Part shown: piece after piece, positions 32,480 to 43,263 of the stretch
Layout: each line of letters opens with the position of its first letter
Position numbering within the stretch: position 1 is the first letter of the stretch
Assembly (NCBI GenBank): GCA_009103225.1
Contig: RHPI01003261.1
Coordinates: 186,001 to 250,000, forward strand
Origin: Chlorokybus atmophyticus
Taxonomy: Eukaryota > Plantae > Mesostigma and Chlorokybus algae
Direction of reading: 5' to 3'
DNA length: 64,000 nucleotides
Translations under genes and position numbers: made by a program
The notes under the pieces: model-generated
Seen by the model: only the letters and a program-made list of their open reading frames with translations
What the model was told of the DNA's origin: nothing
Database searches by the model: none

Positions 32480-34900
32480 TCTCGTTCCCGTGTGTGCGTG
32501 CGTGTGCAGCACTTCTGAACTTGTGTGCATGTTCTGTCATGCCTTGTACATGTGTTTGCATCTACCCGGCTCGCAACACCGCACGTCCGTTTGCCACCGA
32601 CAAGCACCCTTGTGTGCGTGCGCGCATGTACATGTGGACATGCACATGCGTGCATGTGTGTATGCGGTGGTCGTAAAATGTCTCAAGCACATGTGTACGT
32701 GTGCTTGCAACGCCACAGTGTGTGTTGCTTTGTCAACTGTCACGCAGGGGGGCTTGGGAGGTGGGGGTGCGCGCTGCTGCCTGCCGCGCCAACAGGCATT
32801 ACGATGGTGATTGGCGAACCTGCGCGCAGGCTAAACTCTGCCAGACGCCACTTTCATGCATGCATGCACGTATTAACGCACGTGCACACGCATGTACACT
32901 CACATGTAGCAACTTGGTGCGGTTGAACAGCACTTGAACGCTCACACACATAGACACTGCGTACCCACGCACACAAATGCCCATTCACTCCCATATGCAC
33001 GCATACACGCATGTGTGTACGTTTACGTGAACGTGCATGCTCGCAGGTGCACATATGTGCGTACACCAGGGCTCGCGCCTGCTGCTCAAGCTGACATGGC
33101 CCGCCGCAGCACGCTACTGAAAGTGAGTTTGGGCCGAAAGTTATGTGACAGAAGTCCTTTTCACACGTACATGCACATGCACAATTGCACATGCAGGCAT
33201 CCGAGCGCACGCATGCGCACACGCACGCGTAGAGACTTGACACACATATATCATGTAGGATTATGTCTGTGTGCGCACCCAGCGGCAGGTCATGGCACAC
33301 ATGCGCTTCCACAAGCACACATGCCACGGTCCGCAATGTTTGTGTGGACATGTCCCTTCGGCGGACACGTCACGCAGCAATGCTCTGTGTCTATGTATGT
33401 GCGCGCGCACGCAGGGCGGCACATCGGTCACATGGAATACGCATGTGCTTTCACAATCACGCACCGCCGTCACGTGTTACAGGCCTTGACGCGTGACGCA
33501 CGCACATGGAATACGCATGTGCTTTCACAATCACGCACCGCCGTCACGTGTTACAGGCCGGACGCGTGCATGCACACACGCACGCGCACGCGGACATGCA
33601 CAGAGTGCGAGCACATAGGCAACTTGTGATTCCTGAGACATCATGTCGTGCGCACACGGCGTGTAGTACCGTAATACGCAGATGCACGCGCACCGGAAAC
33701 GACAGTTCAACTGTGCCCTTGGTTAAAGTGAGTTGGTGACAAGTCGATTGACACACACGCACGCGCCCACCAGCACACATATGCATCCATGCATGCGCAT
33801 ATGCACGCACGCACACGCGCAGACACGCACTGCATATATGCATGCACACCCACTCACCGTCAGTGGCTGTGCATGTTTTGGGCAAGCATGCAAACGCATT
33901 CTCATGTATGTACGCACGCACATGTCCCTCTAAGATGGCAACTTGCGCAGACTGCAAGTGCAGGCATGCACCGTGCCGCACATGGCGTGCTTGCGGCGCA
34001 CGCCCAAGAGGCGGCAGGTGGTGAAAGTGTTTGAGGGGGAGGGGGGAGCGGGGGAGGGGCAGGTGGCGCATACCTTTAGACTTTTGACACAATGTCCGTT
34101 GCGTCAAGACTTACGAAAAAGTGAAGTTGGTCGCAGTTCCGAAGTGTTCAATGCACATGCGCATTCACGCACTCAAATTGTGTGCATCATGTTTGCTGGC
34201 GTGCACGCACACACATGTATGTCGCGTTCTATCGATGCATGTGCGTAGTATCACTTTGCATTTATGTACACACAGCCACAACAACACGCACGCCATACAA
34301 GCGGCTTGCATGCATGCGAGCTCCTTCGTTTGCATGCACACACGGCTTTGCACACATGCACAGCATTGCATATTTTCTACACACATGACTCTTCAAAAAT
34401 ATACACCTGAACCAATTGCTGAGGTTAAGTATGTGAGGTCATGAGTGTACAGGGTGGGTTGATCGCAATATCATATCAAAAGGGTTGATATAAGCCGTTT
34501 GCAAGACGGCACTCACTGTTGATGCATTGCAGTGTTGTGCCCACGTAGTTGCTATTGATTGTGTGCACGGCGTGTCAATGGTGACATGTTTGGTTTTTCT
34601 GAAAGACATTGTGCGCATTGTCATGTTTTACCAAGTGATGTCTATAGCACCCATGTGTGCTATATATATCATTGTGTTGCATATGTCTTGCACAAGAGCA
34701 CTGCACTTTAGATAATCCTATCAGCCCACATGCGCATGCGCGCTGTGTTAGCATGTGCCGTGCATGCACATATGCACACTGCGTATATGTTTGCATGGCA
34801 CGTGAGTGTGCATGTGGCACGTGCACACAATTGCTGCATCAACATTACACATTATGCACTACACAACGCATGTGTATAACAGGTAGTATGCAAGGTGTGT
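32480..34900. repeat. ~2.4 kb purine/pyrimidine-alternating (CA/TG/GC-rich) low-complexity tract
   Basis: Dense TGCA/CACG/GCAT/ACAC runs. The many His/Thr/Cys/Val-rich ORFs called here are translation artefacts of the repeat. Confidence 0.8.
33429..33559. repeat. Perfect 57-bp direct duplication (period 74 bp)
   Basis: CACATGGAATACGCATGTGCTTTCACAATCACGCACCGCCGTCACGTGTTACAGGCC at 33429-33485 and 33503-33559. Confidence 0.95.
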
Positions 34901-34949
34901 GTACGGACAGATCTGCACACGATTTTATTTATAAACAATGCAACAACAT

Positions 34950-35475
34950 TGTAACGGGAGCAATAATAATAGGGGTATTATTGCTACCTAAATAACACAT
35001 TCTGTATGAATAAGTATCTGAATATGCTTATTTATACCTCTTTTCTACGGTTCCTCGCTTATTAACGGCTATAATGCTTTATCATAGCTTAAATAAGTCC
35101 CAATGGGTGTAGAGTCGCTTATTCAAGCCTATTTAATGTCACATTTGATCAAATGTGATCACTATCTCGTTAGGTACCTTACGATAGGTATCTTTCAATA
35201 GGTACCTTATCGATGGGTACCTTATCTGAGCTGTGTTGGCTCACGCTAGATTTCCTAACTACCCAATCTGTAGGGTTGGATGTCTAGTTGTGAGTTAAAT
35301 ATCGAGAGGTATATATTTGATATACTCTTGATATAAAAGGTCACATCAAACTGATGTGGGGACTTTGAGTTCTCTGCTCAGTGGCGGCCACGCCGTTGAA
35401 AGGCTTGTTATAAGCGGTGTGGGTGTTGGGGTAGAGGATTGAAGGGGCATCATCGGCGACGGTGGTGCTGTTACA
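34950..35475 (+). repeat. 5' LTR (526 bp)
   Basis: TGTAACGGGAGCAATAATAATAGGGG...GGTGGTGCTGTTACA; four internal TAGGTACCTT-like repeats; roughly 90% identical to the 3' LTR by eye. Confidence 0.97.
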
Positions 35476-35618
35476 TTAGTATCCAGGAGCTGGGGGGTGA
35501 CGTGGGTACTTATAGGGGGCGGCGACCTGCTCTCGGCCAATCAGAAGGCGGTGGCGGCGGCCTCCTATTCGTCCACGCAGCCAAAGCTTCAAGTTAGCTT
35601 CCCTGCGCTACCTCAACG

Positions 35619-36858
35619 TTGAAGCCACCCATCAAAGAGGCGGTTTCTCCACGTGTGAGACAAATGGAAGAGAACTCGGTGCCCACCTCAAAGGGGGAAA
35701 GCTCGCAAAAAGAGCACTTATCCCGTGAGGAGGAGTTTCCATCTATGGAGGATATTTCCCGGATGAAGCACCTGATGAGTCTCATGCTGCAGGATGGCTT
35801 GGTGGAACCAGACAAGCCACCACCACCGCCATCATTTGTGCAGCCTGAAATCTCAATTCGCTTGACAAAACAGGAGTTGATAGACTACTTTCTTGGCACC
35901 TATGATGAGAAGCCTCGTGAGGCGATTGTCTCGCTTGTCAACTTCCTCTTTCATGTGGCGGAAAGATCTCAAAGCTCACCACCTTTATGGGGCGAGTTTG
36001 GGAGGGATCGATGGGTGAAGGCAAATGTGTTCTGAACATGATCGAGCGCCTTCGCTCTGACAGTGGTCCACCTGTTCAGGCGCTTGCTCGACCTGCCGAG
36101 TTTGTTCCCAACAAACAAGCGGCAATTTTCGACTAGCTCGTGAAGCTGAGACACTATGTCAACTCCCTTCACATTTTTGAGGAGGGGAAGTTGCGTGTAG
36201 CGAAGTTGCTGATCCCAAACAATGCTCTGGCAGAATGGTACCGCCGTAAGCAACGTGATACGAACCTCGGGCGGGAAGTGAATCAGTTGTGCTCTTTATG
36301 GAGCAGCGCTATGGTGGCGCAGATCCTGCCTAGGTTGCTCGCAACCAGCTGCACAATCTACGTCAGAACGGGCGTACGGTTCAGCAGAATATCCAAGATT
36401 TTCAGTCTTTTGTCAGCAAGATCAATGCTGGCAAACTACCCATTAGTGATGCTGATCAGCTGGATATGTTCAGGCGTGGCTTGGACACCGATCTCGTGCA
36501 GCATGTGGCCGTCAACCCCGCGAGTTTGCAAAAGTGGGCCTCGACGGATTTACCAATGCTGATGCAGATGGTTGCTGCTGAGGACAGTGTGAAGCGATCT
36601 CACGCAAACATGCAAACCACAGCAAAAGAGGTTGCCCTGGCTTCAGCTGCAAAGCGCTCGGCCGCTGACAACAAACCTTTTGTGAAAAAGGCAAAAACAT
36701 CTCAGTCTGCTGGCCCCTATCAACGCGGCCAAATCCACCATCACTTGCAACTTCTGCAAGAAGACATGTCATGGGGAGGCCAAGTGCTATGCAAAGCAGA
36801 ATGCACAGAAGGCCAAGCAGCAAAAGGACAAGAAACAAAAATTGTCCGTGGTTGGTAG
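35619..36858 (+). pseudogene. gag: Disrupted gag with CCHC zinc knuckle
   Basis: LRQNGRTVQQNIQDF..DMFRRGLD retrotransposon-gag-like segment; CNFCKKTCHGEAKC (CX2CX4HX4C) near 36745-36790; several frameshifts. Confidence 0.75.
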
Positions 36859-36943
36859 CTTAGTCGAGCAGAACGACTTTTAAAACTCTGTACTTCATAA
36901 GAAAGTTTCCTCTCTTTGTGATGTATCAGATGCATGGACTAAT

Positions 36944-39900
36944 ATGAGCACACCACCTGTGTTGACAAATGCAAACGGTTGTGTTTTAATCAATGTTCCA
37001 TTCTCTAAATTGGTAGCTGCTGTCAAGCACTTACACGAGTTGCAATTACAACATGCTGTCACTGCATGCATAGTTATCCCTCAATATCATGGCCCGTGGT
37101 CGCGATTGCTGAAAGGGGGAGAAGTAATTATGCAACTCTCACGCAAAGTTACAGGAACTTCACCGTTGCAAGTGATCTTTATCAAGCCTGCTACCAATCA
37201 CGGCACTCCGGCATTAGCTACATTTGATGGTCACTCAGTGCCACTCAAATGCAGTTTTGAGAGTCAACTTATGGGCACACCATGTACAGAATTGATTGAT
37301 ACTGGTGCAAATTATAACTTTGTTGAACATGCTTGGGTGAAACGTAATAACATACCTTTCACACCGGTCACGTCGTATGTACGTGCTGCTGGTTCCACCT
37401 TCCATGCAATTGGGGAGGTGAAGGGGCGTTTTGTTATTAACAGCCACTAGACTCGACCAACTTTCGTTGTGGTGAATATAGGTATCCCCGGGGTGGATGT
37501 CATTTTGGGTGAACAGCGGCACACCGAAGCAGGTTTGCAACTGGACTCTTGAGCAAATACGTGCACCCTTCGTAAGGGTAAACGTAAGGTGACGTTAACC
37601 GCACCTGTACTCGCACGTGTTGCACGCGACAATGTTCCGCTCCTCTGCTATGCAATTGAAACGTTGCATGCGCAAACGTGAGGAAGTATATTTTATGCAC
37701 TTACGATAGGTAGAAACACTTGTTGAACAGGCCGTAACTGACCATGTGGTGCAATCACTTACGGAACAATACGCGGATGTATTTCAGGATGAACTCCCGG
37801 AGTTGCCTCCTGATAGAAACATACATCATACCATTCCGTTGGAAGAGGGCGCAAAGCCACCTTGGCGGCCTATCTATAGGCTAAGTCCCTCAGACCAGGG
37901 GGAAATGGAAAAACAGCTCAAAGAGTTATTGGACAAAGGTTTGATCACAAAGAGCATAACTCCTTTTCGTGCACCAATTTTGTTTGTGCCCAAAAGAATG
38001 GCAAGCTACGCATGTGTATTGATTACCGTGCGTTGAATAAAGTAACTGTGAAAAACAGATACTCTTTGCCTCGAAGTGATGATTTGTTTGATAAGCTGTC
38101 AGGTGCAACAGTGTTCAGCACACTGGATTTGACTAGTGGTTATCATCAAATCAAAATCCACTCGTCACATATACAAAAAACTGCATCTCGCACCCCACTA
38201 GGACACTTTGAGTATAAAGTGCTACCATTTGGGTTGACAAATGCACCAGCTACATTTCAAGCAGCATTGAACGCGGTATTTGCTGGTATATCTTGACGAC
38301 ATTATTGTGTTCAGCAAAACCCGGGAGGAACACCACAAGCATGTGGAATTGGTTCCAGCTAAGTTACGCGAACACAAATTCTATGCCAACCAATTTAAAT
38401 GCAACTTTGCAAAGGATGAACTACCCTTTTTAGGGCGTGTGATTGGCAAAGAGGGATTGAAACCAGATCCTTGAAAGGTGTGTGCGGTGAAGGATTGGCC
38501 ACCACCCAAGGATGTACATCAATTACGTGCTTTCTTGGGGCTAGCCAATTATTTCCGCAAGTTCATGCGAGCATATTTTAGCATGGCAAATCCTTTAACA
38601 TCTTTACTGAGAAAAGATGTTAAATTTGTGTGGAAGGAGGCACACAAGGTTGCTTTTACACGCATTGAAGATGCATTAACACAAGCCCCTGTGTTAGCCT
38701 TCCCCGACCACACCAAGCCTTTGTGGTGATCAGTGATGCTTCCACCATTGGGTGTGGGGCAGTCCTTCTACAGGATGACAGACCATGTGCATATGAAAGC
38801 AGAAAGTTCATTCCTACTGAACGTAATTACACAACTACTGAGCAGAAATTGCTTGGGTGGTGCACGCGCTGCGCACATGGCGTTGCTTCTTGGAAGGTGT
38901 GGAGTTTTTAGTGATTACTGATTACAACCCGCTCACATTCTTTCATACGCAACAGACCCTGTCGAGGCGGCAAGCTAGGTGGAATGGATTCATTTCTCGT
39001 TTCACTTTCACTTGGCAATACCGTCCAGGTCGCACCAATGTGGCGGATCCACCAAGTCGTAGCCCTGCTCTTTTGGCACTTACGCGCTCTCCAAGTACGC
39101 GTAATGTGCAACAGCCTGAAGATCCTTTCCCAAAGGAAGTGTCCACAGGTTATAACTCAAATGATTGCTTTAGCAATCAAACCAACTTGCAACAGCTAAC
39201 TGCTGTTAGCAATCTGTGGTATAAAGGGGAGCAGTTGGCGATTCCCAACTTGGGCGACTTGCGTAAGCAATGCTTACATTCAGTGCATGACCCGCCGTAT
39301 GCTGGGCATTTGGGGAAACACAAAACACTCAAAGCTGCGCAACAATTATACTGGTGGCCGTTAATGTTAGCTGATGTGGATCAATATGTTCGCACATGTG
39401 ACGTGTGTCAACGTAATAAGCCACTACGACAAAAACAAGCGGGATTGCTTAAACCGTTGGTAATTCCAGAACAAAAGCGGGATAGTGTCAGTATGGATTT
39501 GATTACTGACCTACCTAAAACAGCAACAGAAAAACTGCTATTGTGGTTTTTGTCGACCATTTGACAAAAATGGTGCATTTTGCCTTGTGTTGCACAAGTG
39601 TAAGTGCACGGGACTTGGCACATTTATTAGTGTACTCGGTCTTTCGAGTTCACGGTGTACCGTGTGAGCTTATCACAGATCGTGATCCTCGGTTTGTCTC
39701 CAAGTTTTGGGGAGAATTCTGTGAATTGTTGGGTAAAATAAAGCATGTCGACTGCTTTCCACCCGCAAATGGACGGACAAACTGAGCGAGCAAATCAAAT
39801 ACTGGAAGAAATGCTTCGCCATTATGTGGCTCCTAACCATGCTGATTAAGACAGGTACTTGCCAATGGCAAAGTTCTCTGTGAACAACGCGTGGCAGGAA

Positions 39901-40570
39901 AGTGTAAAGGAAACCCCATTTTAATTATGGGATTCGCCCGAGCACACCAGCGTCATTACGTGTACCTCGCAATGCCTTGACTGTACCAGCGGCAAAGGAA
40001 TTTGCCACTGATATGCAAGAAAATTTGGCTCGAGCTAAGCTATGTTTGTCAGAAGCACAGGCAAAAAGCTTATGCTGATTCACACCATAGAATGGCCACT
40101 TTCGATGTCGGCGATAAAGTTCAACTTTATCGCCGACATCGAAAGTTGCGTTAAGCAAAAGTTTTGCTTAACGCAAAGAACATAACCATCAAAGGTACGG
40201 GTGCTCGCAAGTTGCTGCCCCAATGGTTAGGTCCTTTCTCTATCACTGATAGAGTTGGTACGCACGCTTATCGACTGCAATTGCCCTCAAGTGTGCGTAT
40301 ACACAACGTGTTCCATGTGAACTTGTTGAAACCTTACCGCTCAGACGGTAGAACACAGCCTCCACCACCGCCAGTTGAGGTGGACAGCGAGCTCGAATAC
40401 GAGGTGGAAGCTATATTGAACCATAAGCTAAATAGTCGAGGACGCGCAACTTGCTATTTGGTGAAATGGAAAGGGTATGGCCCAGAACATAACAATTGGG
40501 AGCCCGATAGGCATTTTACGCACTGCTGCGAGTTGCTTCGAGCTTATTGGGATTCACGTCCTGTCCTATG
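36944..40570 (+). pseudogene. pol: Disrupted pol: putative MTase-like remnant, aspartic protease, RT, RNase H, integrase, chromodomain
   Basis: LIDTGA (37298); [47 protein letters not shown]; VISDAS, TDYNPL; H..HLG..CDVC, SMDLITDLP, ITDRDPRF, QTERAN; WLGPF; YEVEAIL..YLVKWKGYGPEHNNWEP. Confidence 0.95.
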
Positions 40571-40718
40571 AACTGTGGGCTTGGTTTTATGACAGACAGG
40601 CAGTGCAGTTTCATCACCTCCCCGTCATTTCCTGCTATCTCACTGGTTACAATTACTCGAAATCAAGCCTGATCAACTTGAGTTCAATGAGGACGTTGAA
40701 AACCTAAGTGGGGGGGAA

Positions 40719-41245
40719 TGTAATTGGAGCAATAATAATAGGGGTATTATTGCTACATAAATAACACATTCTGTATGAATAAGTAATCAAATATGCTTAT
40801 TTATATACCTCTTTTCTACGGTTCCTCGCTTATTAAAGGCTATGATGCTTTATCATAGCTGAAATAAGTCCCAATGGGTGTAGAACCGCTTGTTCAAGCC
40901 TATTTGGTGTCACATTTGATAAAATGTGATCGCTATTTTGTTAGGTACCTTCCGATAGGTACCTTTCGATAGGTACCTTATCGATAGGTACCTTATCTGA
41001 GCTGTGATTGGCTTGCGCTAGATAACTAACTACCCTATCTGTAGGCTCGATGTCTAGTTGTGAGTTAATTATCGAAAGGTATCAATTTGATATACTCTTA
41101 ATATAAAAGGTCACATTAAATTGATGTGGGGACTTTGAGTTCTCCGCTCAGTGGCGGCCACGCCGTTGAAAGGCTTGTCATAGGCGGTGTGGGTGTTGGG
41201 ATAGAGGATTGAAGGGGCATCACCGGCGACGGTGGTGCTGTTACA
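40719..41245 (+). repeat. 3' LTR (527 bp)
   Basis: TGTAATTGGAGCAATAATAATAGGGG...GGTGGTGCTGTTACA, preceded by the PPT and followed by the TSD AACAT. Confidence 0.97.
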
Positions 41246-41609
41246 AACATGGTCCAATTGCAATGGGTATGGTTCTTTATCAATGTTAATGACCGCACAC
41301 ATGAAGAATATAATGCGTAGCCGTATATGTACAGTTACTTAATGTATATATACATTTATTGCACATGCACATGCATATCAACAAACAAGAAACATATCAC
41401 GTGATACTTGTAGTATTAGCATGCAATGCATATTCTAAAATGAGTATATCAAGTACAACGCACATTGTAAGACGCGTTATGTTTACAGATACAAATGTGC
41501 CACAAGACCTGTCGTATTAAATATAATAGAAGCTTATATATGTAGAAGCTTATATTTGTAATGTGTAAAGAGAGTATTAGATGATCGTAATATATCACTA
41601 ACTCATGCT

Positions 41610-41698
41610 TAATACCACTCATCATGATATAGACATGACGTGTGTCATATTTCTGAAATATGACACACGTCATGTCTATATCATGATGAGTGGTATTA
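41610..41698. repeat. 89-bp perfect palindrome (44-bp arms, 1-nt spacer)
   Basis: TAATACCACTCATCATGATATAGACATGACGTGTGTCATATTTC-T-GAAATATGACACACGTCATGTCTATATCATGATGAGTGGTATTA. Confidence 0.97.
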
Positions 41699-42199
41699 TT
41701 ATTATTATAAAATATTATTTCATGAGCAATGTGACAACATGTCGATCAAGATATATTGCATATATATCATTTATGTCAAATATAGCTATGGGATCATGAT
41801 CACTTGCAAATTTTGTTCAGAGTAAATCACAAGACAAGTTAATGTTATGTCTCGTGCCAATTATGGCATGCCATGCATGATATAGTCCTTCACAACTTCA
41901 TTCGTACAAGTGTTGTCCAATAACGTGAAGAGTACAATTACGGCAATTGACAAAACGGCATCCAGCAACAATCATGTATAACCACGTGGAACAACTTGTT
42001 CCGCACCCTTATAGCCCGAACAGATTAAGCATAAGATAAGTTGATGTCATCTTGTGCGATTCGGGGCATGCATGGTGCAGTCTTTCACAACTTTATCAAT
42101 ATCAGTTCCATGACTCATAGCGTGTGAGCGTCAAATTGAATTTAAGGAGTACAATCACGGCAATATAAATATTGTTAAACCTCGTTAGGTGCTTATTTA

Positions 42200-42595
42200 A
42201 TAAGTGCATACCCGCGTTTAGTGTATAAATTTGGCCATAACCGACGTCTTCATGGGTAACACCTGTGCGTTAAGAGCATATGCATTTATTCATAGTAGCA
42301 TTTCATAAGATGCCTAACCATTGGCATGCTAATGCACTGATTAAGGTAATTTACACTTAAATTACACATAATTCACAATTCAAGGGTGTTTAAGTTACAG
42401 TTGTAATTGTAGCCACGTAATTCAAGGTTACGGTTACTCAATAAGTGCATACAATATGCGCTATGCCAAGTCTATCATATACTGTATATGTGCATAACGT
42501 ATGCACTTAACATGTGTGCAAGAATGCAATAAGTGCATACATACGCCCGATCCCGATGATGTGCACTTGTCGAGGTTAGACTGTACCGCCATCTG
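42200..42595 (+). repeat. Left copy of a diverged ~400-bp direct repeat
   Basis: Collinear with 47255-47620, e.g. GCATTTCATAAGATGCCTAACC vs GCATCTCATGAGGTGCCTAACC and ATAAGTGCATACATACGCCCGATCCCGATG vs ATAAGTGCATACATATGCCCGTTCCGGATG. Ends approximate. Confidence 0.75.
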
Positions 42596-43263
42596 GCCAT
42601 TATGTACAATTATGCACAGTATGCGGAACGACTCGTTCCGCAACCTCCTAGCCTGGAATCCCAGCCAGTCGGTGTGCCCGAGGGGTTCCTATTAACTCAT
42701 TTTGTCTACGTTTTGTCGTGCTTGGACTATGGGACTGTAGCCATGTCGATGTCGACTGAGAGCGATTGTCTCTTTATGTCGATACCTTCCCGCGTAGGCC
42801 GTCGCTGTGCGTCGACGGCGACGCACGTAGGCATGGCGGAAATCGTCCGCACTAGTCGACGTCGCTGCGTGGGTTTTGTGACAACCATTTAAGCAGAACG
42901 TTGTGTGATATTCTAAAGGTGTGCCGGTGCAGTGCGGTCGGTGTAGGCCCAGTCGTACGGTCCTCACACAGAGAGTAGTAGCGGGAAATGACGGGAATGG
43001 CCTAGTAAATGCCGGCGGAAAAACAGAGCAAACCCTAACTTGAGCGAAACAATGCATCCACACGTCGACATCGACATACGCTGTCATTAGGAAATGGCTT
43101 CGTGTGTCCACGTCGACGGACGGAGACGAGTCTACGATTGCCGGCATCGACGCAACAAGACTTGTCACTCTGCGACGACGTAGACACAGGCGCCATAACG
43201 TATAGACTTTCCTGAGTTAATCGTTTGCCCATGGAAGCTTCTCGGGCACACCGACTGCAGCTA

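Larger units (their letters stand above)
34950..41245 (+). mobile_element. Full-length, degenerate Ty3/gypsy LTR retrotransposon (chromovirus)
   Basis: TG..CA LTRs at 34950-35475 and 40719-41245; 5-bp TSD AACAT (34945-34949, 41246-41250); polypurine tract 40706-40718; Gag, zinc knuckle, protease, RT, RNase H, integrase and chromodomain in gypsy order, with many stops and frameshifts. Confidence 0.97.

Noticed and set aside
33429-33559. Direct repeats as a CRISPR array
   Set aside because: Only two 57-bp copies with a 17-bp gap, no cas genes, eukaryotic context.
32389-34995. Dozens of overlapping His/Thr/Cys/Val-rich ORFs, up to 231 aa
   Set aside because: Artefacts of the CA/TG-alternating tract; open in many frames at once.
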